Positions 19,059 to 29,000 of a DNA stretch of 64,000 nt are shown piece after piece. The notes beneath the pieces are model-generated. The model was not told the origin of the DNA. It ran no database searches and was given only the letters and a program-made list of their open reading frames with translations. Every line of letters starts with the position of its first letter. Within the stretch, counting starts at the first letter, position 1. The stretch lies in contig CALLAU010000056.1 of assembly GCA_938002015.1 (NCBI GenBank), positions 14,995 through 78,994 on the forward strand. Reading direction: 5' to 3'. A program made the position numbers and the translations under genes. This stretch comes from an uncultured Bdellovibrionales bacterium (lineage in GTDB: Bacteria; Bdellovibrionota; Bdellovibrionia; Bdellovibrionales; UBA1609).

Positions 19059-20062
19059 TAATATTGTTTAACCGGATATTTTTCCCACAGTTTCTCTAAA
19101 GCATACTCTTGCCTACAGTAGTCGTAAAAAAGGTGAACAATAATGGAGCCATAATCAACAACTATCCATTTTCCTTCTGATAAACCATCCATCCCGATTG
19201 GCTTAACACCAAGCTCATCTCTAATTGTATCCTTAAGATTTTCTGCAAGGCTTTGCGTTGCACGTTTACTTTGTGCAGAGGCTACAAAATTAAAGTCTGT
19301 AATTTGATTATCACCTCTTAAATCAAAAGAAACCACATTGATACCACCCTCATTTTTAAGAATGCTTGATATTTTTTCTGAGAGTTTTTCAGGATCAAAT
19401 TTAATACTTTCATGGACTGTATAAAGACTTTTTTCTTTAATGTAGTTTTCAACTTCTAAGGGAACATATTTATGAATAGACTGATTTAGCCTAACTCTTT
19501 TTCTAATATCTGAAGAACTCACATCTTGATCGTTTAAACGAATAAAATGTATTTGCGCTCCGTTTTCAAGCATAGCAACATAACCATCGAAATCTTCAAT
19601 CTTACCCTCTAAACCTTTAGGGAAATCAGAGGTGTTTAATGGAAAATAAAATCCTGGCCTAGATGTTACAATAAGGTTTGCAAAGCCAAAAATATTTTCA
19701 AAATTTTTCCATGAATCAAAGCTTTGAAATTGATCTAAACCAATAATCAGATAAAACTCATCATCTGGTGACTCTTTCTTTAAATCCTCAATTGTATCAA
19801 TACTATAGCTCACACCACCACGCTCTAACTCACAAGAATCTACAAATACATCCTCATAGTATTCAGAAAGCCCAAGCTCAACTAACGCAAGCCTTTCTTC
19901 TGCTGAAGGTGCTTCTAAAAGTTCTTTCCCCGGAGCCTGATGAGCCGGAATGACTTTTACAGCATCTAAGTTCATTTTCTCTTTTACACTTAGAATACTA
20001 TTGATATGCCCAAAATGAATTGGGTTAAAAGTTCCACCAAAAATTCCAATTTTTTTAAGCAT
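19058..20062 (-). CDS. nadD: Nicotinate-nucleotide adenylyltransferase fused to ribosome silencing factor RsfS
   Basis: GGTFNPIHFGH, IIGLD, SSSDIR, then in the same frame WIVVDYGSIIVHLF...R.EYALEKLW. Confidence 0.88.
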   Translation of the reverse strand: MLKKIGIFGGTFNPIHFGHINSILSVKEKMNLDAVKVIPAHQAPGKELLEAPSAEERLALVELGLSEYYEDVFVDSCELERGGVSYSIDTIEDLKKESPDDEFYLIIGLDQFQSFDSWKNFENIFGFANLIVTSRPGFYFPLNTSDFPKGLEGKIEDFDGYVAMLENGAQIHFIRLNDQDVSSSDIRKRVRLNQSIHKYVPLEVENYIKEKSLYTVHESIKFDPEKLSEKISSILKNEGGINVVSFDLRGDNQITDFNFVASAQSKRATQSLAENLKDTIRDELGVKPIGMDGLSEGKWIVVDYGSIIVHLFYDYCRQEYALEKLWEKYPVKQY

Positions 20063-21093
20063 TAGCTAAAATCCTTATTAATTATGATATCTTTAAGCTC
20101 ATCAACATTTCTGTGTGCAACGGATGAAATTGATATCGTATTTAAATCATTATCTCTAAACTCTTTTTCAATATTTAAAAGTTCTAACGGTTTAGTCAAA
20201 TCAAGCTTAGTTAAAACCACCAACTCTTCTAATTCTGATAAATCTTTCTCAAAAAATGAATTTTCAGACTTATACTTATCAAGTTCTTTTCGAATCATTT
20301 CATAGCGCTTAAAGGGCTTAAACTCTTCGTTAGGATCAACTGAAATAAGATGCAAGATAAACTTCGTTCTTTCTGCGTGCCTTAAAAATTTATGCCCTAA
20401 TCCAACACCTTCAGAAGCTCCTTCTATGAGCCCTGGGAGATCTGCTATGGAGACTTCTTTATGCTTATGCTCTAAGATCCCTATTTGCGGGTTAAGTGTC
20501 GTAAAGGGATAAGCTCCAACCTTTGGCTTTGCATTAGACAATACAGAGATAAGAGTAGACTTACCTGCATTTGGAAAACCTACCAAACCCACATCAGCAA
20601 GCAATTTAAGCTCTAGAGTGACATCTACACACTCCCCTTCAATTCCAGGCTGAGAATAATCAGGTGCTTGATTTCTAGAGTTTCTAAAGTGGTAATTTCC
20701 AAGACCACCTTTTCCGCCTTCTAAAAAAAGATGATCTCCTTCAGATACAACATCTAAAAGAAGCTCTCCTGTTTCTTGAGAAATGATCTGTGTTCCGAGT
20801 GGAACTGGGAGAATAATATCATCCCCTCTTTTTCCATACATTTTTGCACCAGAACCAGGAAGTCCATTTTTAGCGTTAAATTTTCTTTTGTATCTAAAAT
20901 CTAGAAGAGTTCTTTTCTTAGGATCACCGGAAATAATAACATTTCCACCTTTGCCACCATCGCCACCATCAGGGCCACCACGCGGAACCTTTGCTTCACG
21001 ACGAAAACTTGTGCAGCCCGGGCCACCATTGCCCGAACATAATGAAACATTTAATTTATCTACGAATGTAAAATTTGAAGAAGAGGCTCCCAT
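20062..21093 (-). CDS. obgE: GTPase ObgE/CgtA
   Basis: GGPDGGDGG Gly-rich domain, GFPNAGKST, YPFTT, DLPG. Confidence 0.95.
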   Translation of the reverse strand: MGASSSNFTFVDKLNVSLCSGNGGPGCTSFRREAKVPRGGPDGGDGGKGGNVIISGDPKKRTLLDFRYKRKFNAKNGLPGSGAKMYGKRGDDIILPVPLGTQIISQETGELLLDVVSEGDHLFLEGGKGGLGNYHFRNSRNQAPDYSQPGIEGECVDVTLELKLLADVGLVGFPNAGKSTLISVLSNAKPKVGAYPFTTLNPQIGILEHKHKEVSIADLPGLIEGASEGVGLGHKFLRHAERTKFILHLISVDPNEEFKPFKRYEMIRKELDKYKSENSFFEKDLSELEELVVLTKLDLTKPLELLNIEKEFRDNDLNTISISSVAHRNVDELKDIIINKDFS

Positions 21094-21128
21094 AAGAATT
21101 TCAAAAGCCTCATAAAGACAAAGGCGCC

Positions 21129-21398
21129 TTAAGCAGCACCTGTATCACTTGGGTAAACACTTACCTTAAGTCTTTTCTTATCATAACGCTCAAACTTAAC
21201 TTGCCCATCAACTAGAGCAAAAAGAGTATGATCTCTTCCAAGTCCAACATTGTTACCAACATGAAACTTTGTTCCACGCTGTCTAACTAAAATTGTTCCA
21301 GTTGAAACAGTTTCTCCGCCAAATCTTTTAACACCAAGTCGCTTACTTTTACTATCGCGACCGTTCTTAGTACTACCTGCAGCTTTCTTCGATGCCAT
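21129..21398 (-). CDS. rpmA: 50S ribosomal protein L27
   Basis: [28 protein letters not shown]. Confidence 0.97.
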   Translation of the reverse strand: MASKKAAGSTKNGRDSKSKRLGVKRFGGETVSTGTILVRQRGTKFHVGNNVGLGRDHTLFALVDGQVKFERYDKKRLKVSVYPSDTGAA

Positions 21399-21409
21399 TA
21401 ATACTCTCC

Positions 21410-21949
21410 CTACTTCTTCTTAGTTGCAGCTTTTTTAGTGGCTTTCTTTTTAGTAGCCTTCTTTTTTGCTGTTTTCTTTTTTGCGGTTTTTTTCTTAGTT
21501 GCAGCTTTTTTCTTTGTAGCTTTCTTTTTTGCTTTTGCTACTTTAGGAGCTGCTTTCTTTTCTTCACTTGAAGCTGGAGCCGGCTTATTAGCAGGATCAT
21601 AAACTTTTGCTTCTCCGTCAGCTTTACTCACCTCGCCATTTGGACTTGTGATTGCTTTAATGAAAAGTTCTGTGAAATCTTGTCTGTGGCCTTGAAGCTT
21701 TCTATAACCTTGTCTTCTTTTCTTTTTAAGAACAATGATCTTTGGCTTACGAGCTTGCTTTGCTACAACTGCTGTTACCTTCGCGTTATCTAGAACTGGA
21801 GTTCCGATAAAAGTCTCTGCTCCACCAACAAGAAGAACATCTGTTAATTCAACTTCAGCTCCAAGAGCTTGATCAAGCTTCTCAACTTTAAGTGAATCGC
21901 CAGCTTTAACACGGTATTGCTTACCGCCTGATTTTAGGATTGCGTACAT
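21410..21949 (-). CDS. rplU: 50S ribosomal protein L21 with Lys/Ala-rich C-terminal extension
   Basis: [14 protein letters not shown] start at 21949; KKKRRQGY...GHRQDFT. Confidence 0.96.
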   Translation of the reverse strand: MYAILKSGGKQYRVKAGDSLKVEKLDQALGAEVELTDVLLVGGAETFIGTPVLDNAKVTAVVAKQARKPKIIVLKKKRRQGYRKLQGHRQDFTELFIKAITSPNGEVSKADGEAKVYDPANKPAPASSEEKKAAPKVAKAKKKATKKKAATKKKTAKKKTAKKKATKKKATKKAATKKK

Positions 21950-22083
21950 ACTAAGTACCTCCGATGAACGCTTGGTTTTGCCATGAGCAGTACACCTTGT
22001 CAAATTCAGAAAGCCTGTTTTTAGCCTTTTTTGAAATACTTAGAAAAACTGATCAATACAGGCCTAAACCCCCACAAAATCAG

Positions 22084-23043
22084 CTATTTTAGGAGATATG
22101 TGACTTCTACACCACCAACCCACGGCTTATGGTCAAAGGTGACCCCATCCACTATATAAGCCTCCTCATCAAGAGACTCTGTCTGATAGGATACAAACAT
22201 TCCATAACTTAACCTAGAAGATCTACCCCCCACAGAAAAGCCTACATTTAATTCATGTAAATACCCACAAGTTCGTCCACTAAAGCCCCACTCAGCATTG
22301 CAGTAGTTATAAGCTGCTCGAAAGTTAAACGGCCTTGTTCTTCTCCAGTATTTCTTCATTTTTAAACGAACCCCATACCTGCCCTTACCGGGGTCAACCC
22401 TGGGATAATACTTGATTTTATGGCCTTTTATATCAAAATCAGCTCTGTTAATACCAGTATCCGTAGCATCGTAACTTTCTAAACCTATTGAAGAGGCACC
22501 AGAATCAATGGTTTGCTCTAAAATCCAAGATTTAAGCTTTTCTTCAAAACCAGGTTTTCTTCTCTTATACTTTTTTGTTAGCGCGTCTCTAATCTCATAC
22601 AAAACTGGCCGACGTATTTCTCTTAAAAGAGCTGAGCCAAAACTTTCATCATTTTCTTGAATATCAATACCCATCCTTAAAGCAGCACGAGACCAGCGCA
22701 GACTTTTTCGCGCTATAACCCTTCCAACCCTTGTAAATGGTGTCCAGTTTAAGGCTTGCATCATATCACTATCACCAACAGTGCCTCTACCAGAGATGTA
22801 ATCTTGGTCATGATTATAAGTAACTGGTTTAAAGTTTCTAGTTTGGATATCTCTTTGCCTAATGTAGTTCTGATAATAAACAGGAGATGCCTGACAAAAC
22901 TGCCCACAACCACTAAACTGCCCCTGTATAGGAGAATCATCTCTATAAAGCTCTCCATCAGTAACTTCAAAAGCCCCTGAATTTAAAGAGAAAAATAAAA
23001 AAACACCCCACACCAAAACTGAGGTCAGACGAAAAATTCGCAT
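22084..23043 (-). CDS. Hypothetical exported protein, possibly with a C-terminal outer-membrane beta region
   Basis: Signal peptide; alternating beta-strand-like segments, ends WVGGVEVTYLLK. Confidence 0.5.
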   Translation of the reverse strand: MRIFRLTSVLVWGVFLFFSLNSGAFEVTDGELYRDDSPIQGQFSGCGQFCQASPVYYQNYIRQRDIQTRNFKPVTYNHDQDYISGRGTVGDSDMMQALNWTPFTRVGRVIARKSLRWSRAALRMGIDIQENDESFGSALLREIRRPVLYEIRDALTKKYKRRKPGFEEKLKSWILEQTIDSGASSIGLESYDATDTGINRADFDIKGHKIKYYPRVDPGKGRYGVRLKMKKYWRRTRPFNFRAAYNYCNAEWGFSGRTCGYLHELNVGFSVGGRSSRLSYGMFVSYQTESLDEEAYIVDGVTFDHKPWVGGVEVTYLLK

Positions 23044-23229
23044 ACACTATAATTTTACATTAATTAATGCCTCAAAAGGAGGCTGGAAGACTCAAATCCA
23101 CTATAACTCAACTGAAGTCATAAAATTAAATGGTATTGGATAAAAGTTAAGATTTCTTAAAAGTTTAGAAACACTTCTGCAACACTTCAAACTCAAAAAA
23201 ACATACTAAAACACACAAACAAAGTTATT

Positions 23230-24765
23230 TTAAGCTTCACTATCTATTCGAACAACATACTCTTCAAGGTGAAAATCTTTTTCTACTCTAAAAACCACCG
23301 GGCTTTGAATTCTTGATTCTACGTAATCAAGACTTACAGCATCTTCTTCATAAATCCAGTCCGCTATATCTGCATGACACTGAACATACGCTGTATTCCC
23401 CTTACCAGCTCTTACACTTTCTCTTTCTAAAGATCTAAAAATTTCATTAGCCACTGTCATTCTTCTTTTAACATAACCTTTACCGTCACAGTACGGGCAA
23501 GCTTCTGTAAGTTTTGATACAAGGCTTGGCCTAATTCTTTTTCTTGTCATTTCAACAAGCCCAAGTTCAGAAATCGATGTTACTTTTGTTTTAGATCTAT
23601 CATCAGAGAGTTCATCTAAAAACATAGTCATAACTTGGTCTTTATGCGCTTCATTTTCCATATCAATAAAATCAATAATAATAATTCCGCCGCAGTTCCT
23701 AATTCTTAACTGATGAGCTATCTCTTGAGCTGCCTCTAAATTAGTTTGTAAAATAGTTTCATCAATATCTTTTTTACCAACATATCGCCCAGTATTTACG
23801 TCAATAACCACAAGAGCTTCAGCTTCATCAAAAACCAAGTATCCACCTGATTTTAGCCAAATCTTTCTTCCAAGGGATCGTGTGATTTCTAGATCTACAT
23901 TATATGAGTCAAAAAGGGGTTGTGCCTTACTATAAAGGCTTGTCATATTTTTAAACTTTGGCATGAATTGATTTATAAAACTATTTACTTTTTTAAAAAC
24001 TTTTCTATCATCAACTACAACTTCGGATACTTCTGAGCTCATGTAATCTCTTACGGCTCTAAGCTCTACATCTAAATCTTTATATAATGCTCCTGGAGTT
24101 TTTCTTCTGGCATAACTTTTATCAACATCTTTCCAAAGTAAATCTAGGTACTCTAAATCAATTTTAATCTCTTCATCTTTAAGACCCTCAGCCGCAGTTC
24201 TTACGATCACTCCACCTTTAGGATTTATCTTTTCAACAATGTTTTTTAATCTAGTTCTTTCAGACTCATCTTCAATTTTTTTCGATATCCCCATATGAAG
24301 AATATTAGGCATATAAACTACTAACCTACCCGGAAGCGAGATATGAGTTGTGATCCTTGCACCTTTAGTTCCAAGAGGATCTTTAGCCACCTGACAAAGA
24401 ATCATTTGCCCTTCTTTTAATAAGTCTTGAATAGGAATTTTTTGATCTTGCTCTAAAGAATCAATGCTTTTAACAGGAAGACTGTCATTAATTTCTTCCA
24501 TTTCATCACTAAACTTTTCTTTTTCTCCATCATTTAAATTCTGAGTGATATCTCCAACATACAAAAATGCTGAACGCTCTAAACCTATATTAACAAATGC
24601 TGCTTGCATGCCGGGAAGAACTCTCTCGACTCTTCCTTTGTAAATACCACCAACAAGAGTTGGGGAAGTTCGCTTCTCGATTTGTAAATCAATAAGCTTA
24701 TCATTACTCATAAAAGCAACACGAGTTTGATTTGGCCTTACATTAATCAAAATCTTTTTACTCAT
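23230..24765 (-). CDS. rng: Ribonuclease G (Rne/Rng family)
   Basis: GMQAAFV S1 domain, KGARIT, DVNTG, GGIIIIDFIDM, CPYC; no long RNase E tail. Confidence 0.9.
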   Translation of the reverse strand: MSKKILINVRPNQTRVAFMSNDKLIDLQIEKRTSPTLVGGIYKGRVERVLPGMQAAFVNIGLERSAFLYVGDITQNLNDGEKEKFSDEMEEINDSLPVKSIDSLEQDQKIPIQDLLKEGQMILCQVAKDPLGTKGARITTHISLPGRLVVYMPNILHMGISKKIEDESERTRLKNIVEKINPKGGVIVRTAAEGLKDEEIKIDLEYLDLLWKDVDKSYARRKTPGALYKDLDVELRAVRDYMSSEVSEVVVDDRKVFKKVNSFINQFMPKFKNMTSLYSKAQPLFDSYNVDLEITRSLGRKIWLKSGGYLVFDEAEALVVIDVNTGRYVGKKDIDETILQTNLEAAQEIAHQLRIRNCGGIIIIDFIDMENEAHKDQVMTMFLDELSDDRSKTKVTSISELGLVEMTRKRIRPSLVSKLTEACPYCDGKGYVKRRMTVANEIFRSLERESVRAGKGNTAYVQCHADIADWIYEEDAVSLDYVESRIQSPVVFRVEKDFHLEEYVVRIDSEA

Positions 24766-24935
24766 GCTTTTTATCTCTTTCTTAAAATTCTTTTAGTTCA
24801 CTTAGCTTATCGAGCTTTTAAGACTATATGCTTATCAGTCCTAGGTCTAGATACTTCTAAGACTGGACCAATTGCTGTCACAAAATGAAAAGTAAATTAA
24901 CAGTTTTACCGATAAAATCTTTAAGGAGAATACTT

Positions 24936-25985
24936 ATGGCTCAGATTGATGAACTCTTTAAGATCATGCTTCAACAAGATGCTTCAGACTTACACCTAAC
25001 TGCTGGTGAACCACCGTACTTTAGAGTAAATGGTGAGATGGTAAGAACCCAACATAAAATTCTTACTAGTGATGATTTAAAAGTTTTACTCTTTGAGATT
25101 CTATCAGAAAAACAGAAAAAACAGTTCATTGATAAATGGGAACTTGATTGTGCCTACTCTATTCCAAACGTTGGAAGGTTTAGATGTAATATCTTCATGC
25201 AAAGAAGAGGCTTAGGAGCTGTTTTTAGATCTATTCCAACAAAAATTCTCACACTTGAGCAACTCGGAATGCCTACATCTCTTACTCAACTAGCCGATGT
25301 AAAAAGAGGATTAATAGTTGTAACAGGTCCAACCGGTTCTGGTAAATCAACAACTCTCTCGGCTCTAATTAATCATATCAATGTAAATGAGAGTAAACAT
25401 ATTCTAACGGTTGAAGACCCTATAGAATTCGTACACAACAGTGCAAAAAGTTTAGTAAATCAAAGAGAAGTTTCAAGTCATACAAAATCTTTTCCAAATG
25501 CTCTAAAAGCAGCCCTTAGAGAAGACCCTGACATTATTCTCGTCGGAGAAATGAGAGATTTAGAAACTATTCAGCTTGCAATTTCAGCCGCCGAAACAGG
25601 GCATGTCGTTTTTGGAACCCTACACACTAATTCCGCAGTAAAGACTATTGATAGAATTATTGATGTTTTTCCTGAAGGACAGCAGGGGCAAATTCAGACA
25701 ATGCTTGCAGAAAGCCTACGAGGCGTTGTTGCACAAAGCCTGCTTCCTAGAGCTGACAAACCAGGTCGAGTTGCAGCTATTGAAGTTTTAATAAACAACG
25801 CAGCAGTTGCAAACCTCATTCGAGAAGGCAAGTCTTATCAAATTCCATCTGCTATGCAAACTGGAAGAGCTGAAGGAATGTTTACCCTTGATATGTACTT
25901 AAAAGAACTTGTAAGCAAAGGTCTTGTGACTCAAGAAGAGGCCTCCAAATACATGACTAAAAAGCTTAGAGCTTCTGCAGCTTAA
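24936..25985 (+). CDS. pilT: Type IV pilus retraction ATPase PilT/PilU family
   Basis: GPTGSGKST, EDPIE, ALREDPD..LVGEMRD, TLHT, AVANLIRE; AAGGAG SD before ATG 24936. Confidence 0.85.
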   Translation: MAQIDELFKIMLQQDASDLHLTAGEPPYFRVNGEMVRTQHKILTSDDLKVLLFEILSEKQKKQFIDKWELDCAYSIPNVGRFRCNIFMQRRGLGAVFRSIPTKILTLEQLGMPTSLTQLADVKRGLIVVTGPTGSGKSTTLSALINHINVNESKHILTVEDPIEFVHNSAKSLVNQREVSSHTKSFPNALKAALREDPDIILVGEMRDLETIQLAISAAETGHVVFGTLHTNSAVKTIDRIIDVFPEGQQGQIQTMLAESLRGVVAQSLLPRADKPGRVAAIEVLINNAAVANLIREGKSYQIPSAMQTGRAEGMFTLDMYLKELVSKGLVTQEEASKYMTKKLRASAA

Positions 25986-25998
25986 TCTAGATTATTTT

Positions 25999-26025
25999 TT
26001 GAACTGACAAAAAATGTCAGTTCAA
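25999..26025 (+). terminator. 11-bp inverted repeat after pilT (terminator and/or operator)
   Basis: TTGAACTGACA-AAAAA-TGTCAGTTCAA. Confidence 0.55.
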
Positions 26026-26065
26026 CAGTTTATTTCGACTAAAAAAAGCCTAAATTCAGAAAAAA

Positions 26066-26083
26066 CAGGCATAAAGAGTGCAA
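26066..26083 (+). promoter_or_regulatory. Putative sigma54 -24/-12 promoter
   Basis: CAGGCATAAAGAGTGCAA, GG-N10-GC spacing. Confidence 0.55.
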
Positions 26084-26093
26084 ACTCACCTAT

Positions 26094-29000
26094 GTGTATA
26101 GGCTCTTTCTTTTTATTCTACTTTTCTATGTTGTAGCTCCCCTACAAAGCTTTGCAGGAGTTACCCCTAACAACCTATCTACATCTGTAGAAAGACGAAT
26201 GAGCAGAGTTCCAGAATTTAAATTCATTCAAGAAGAGGCAAATAAGCTTGGGGTAAAAGTTTATCTTTTTGGCGGCACGGCTTCAGCTTTTGCGCATTAC
26301 GTAAGATGGGATTTAGAGCGAGAAGCAGGCGATGAAAAATACCAAGAAGAAAAGTTTGATTATGACTTTACAAACATTTACCGAGGCAACCAAGATCTAG
26401 ACATTGTTGTTGATGGTACTGCTGAGCAAGCAGCGACTTTGCAGCAAATTTTAAAAGAAAAATACCCACATTTTGTCGGTAGTAAAGAAGCTTGGGAAGT
26501 AAGGCTATTAAAGGCTCAAGTTAGCGATAAATTACCACTTCTTGATAACCCGGATTTTTTAAACCAGCACACGGATACAAACTCAACAGGAATGATTGCG
26601 GTTAACGCTGACCCTGGTGAAATTATTTTTAGAGATCTTTTTTCCTGGGAAAATCCTGACTCGAGATTTTTAAATGATGTGGCTGCTGGAAGAATTAAAT
26701 TTTTGTTTTCTGACAGTCATGAAACTACATCGCGTTTTAAAAATGGGCAAAACCCTCCAGTTTTTGCTGCAATAAGATATTTAGCAAAACTATCCCAGTA
26801 TGAAGTAGATGAAGCAGAAGGTGATTTAGAAATTATAAAAAAAATTATTGAAGGAACATACTGGGATGAGGTTAAAAATAATTCTTACGTAGTGCATAAG
26901 CTTGAGGAGTTTGGAAAAAAAGTTTTACTTAACGCGCCAGATTCTGAGTATGCGTGGAATTTGTTAGAGGAGACAGGTGTAAGAGGGCGTTTAATTGAAA
27001 TGGATGGCAATCGAATTAGTTCGGTTGAAAGTCTTTCGTGGTGGATGAGCAAGGAGCCTTTAAGAACAAAGCCGCTTGGTGAAGGAAATGGTAAGACAGC
27101 GGCAGAGATTTTTAAAAGTCATATGAATGAAGACGGAGAGATTGTTGTTGCGCATGAGACGAATTCTTTTGAAGCGTATGAGAATATCACGCGCTCCTCC
27201 CACGGCGCTGCCAATGCTTTTATTTCAAGAAGAGGTATTAGTGGTGAGGCTGCTGCTTGTGGCGATGGGTTTTACACTAGGCTTGGCTTAAAAGGTGCTC
27301 GAGGCACGAACTTAACAATTAGGTTTGTTTTAAATCCTGAGGCAAGAGAAGGAACTGATTTTATTTATGATGATGATTTCATAGTTATTAATAATAAAAG
27401 TGCTTTAAATAAAGTACCTGAAAACCTAAACGTAAATTTTCCAACTCTTCTTGCACTTTTGATAGAAGACTCCATTAAAAAATCAGACCAAGGAACTCTG
27501 ATTAAATTAGAGCGACGGTTTGAGCGACAAGAAGTTAGCACAGAGGACATAGATCAAGCATACAAAATTTTGATGGGCTCTCCTATAAGTAAACTCCCAG
27601 GAAGCCTTGCTCTAGAAATGTGGTTCGATCAACAAAACTCAACTCTACAAATGTATCATGGCATTTTCGATAAAATTATCGCCGAAGGCTCGAGCACTCA
27701 TTTGTTATGGATAGTTAATAATATTCTTGTACTACCAAATTGGAAAAATACAGATCAGTACCCACGACTTTATTTGAAATTTATTAAAGGGCTACTAAAC
27801 AGCACAAAAAAACCTTTATCGGCAACTATGAGTGCATTAAAGCACTGGTTTAGTCTGCCATATTCCCTTAACCTCTCCAATGATATATTGGAATATCTTA
27901 TAAAAGAAAGAAAGTATCAATGGATATTAAATAATATATTCGTTCACTCTAAATGGCTAAGTAACAGTTCTGGGAAAAAAATTCTGTTTCAGTTAATTGA
28001 GATTGCAGGCGAAGGTAGCACACTCAATTTTAAACTATTGACTTCTCAACCACATATAAAAACCAACTTACCAATACTAAAAAAACTCATAACATTTCCA
28101 AAAGGAGCTAGCGCAGTAATAACAAATGTACTTAGTGGTAGCAGAAATAATCAGCATAAAGAACTAATTCTTCACCTGATTAAAAGCACTACAGATCATA
28201 ATCTAGCGTTAATAGCAAAATACGTATTGAGCAATGATTTTTGGAGAACTGATGATGAAATCACTCTCACATACCTTGATCGACAGACTGAACTTATCAA
28301 AATGTCAAAAGCTTATATAAACGCACCTTCTCACAAATCAAATAGAGAAGTAATCTCAAGACTCGTCGATTTACAAAACCCCACCATCACCAAGTATCTA
28401 ATTGAGAATGTATTAAATCAAAGTGGATGGCATAAGTATCCTGAAATACTTCAAAAAACCTTCGATACCGAAGGCTCAATTGAGCTGGCTATTAAAAAAC
28501 TTTTCCGCCTAGAAACTTGGGCAAAGCAATTAGGTATAATACGATATATTATAAACTTGAATAATAAAAAATTTACCACTGCACTTATAAATAATGTATT
28601 TAATAGAAAACATTTTTTTAAAAATAAAGAATTTTATATGCAGTTAGTACGACAAAGTCGAGACTTTGATACCATAATAACTTCTAACATTCTAAGTTTA
28701 AATGATTTCCCTTATAGAGATGAAATCATTAAAATTTTTATTAATGAAAGGCGAGCACTGACTCAACTAATAACAGCCATTTCAAAAAGCAAAAACATCG
28801 ACTTTGTGATAAGTATGCTAAAAACTGGTGAAACTAAACTAGTAAACAGTATCATTAAGCAAACAAACTCTAATTTTTATGGAGACTTTGACTGGCTGAG
28901 AAAACGTCCAGAAATTATTCCATACTTCCTCTTAAACGAAAACAAACACACTCACAACCTTACAAGTCAACTTATGATAAACAACCCCGAACTACAAACA

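Noticed and set aside
21410-21560. Repetitive DNA resembling a tandem or CRISPR-like array
   Set aside because: It is the coding sequence of the Lys/Ala tail of L21; no spacer structure and no cas genes.
21950-22003. 18-aa N-terminal extension of L21 in the ORF track
   Set aside because: The canonical MYAI start is at 21949; the extension is an upstream open-frame artefact.
23056-23080. Sigma54-like GGCAT...TGTA upstream of the 22084..23043 gene
   Set aside because: Spacing is off by one and the -12 GC is missing.
26094-27100. Calling the large ORF a housekeeping CCA-adding enzyme or pcnB
   Set aside because: Signal peptide, altered RDFTIN/DPLR motifs, an appended ART-like domain and a second paralog argue against it.
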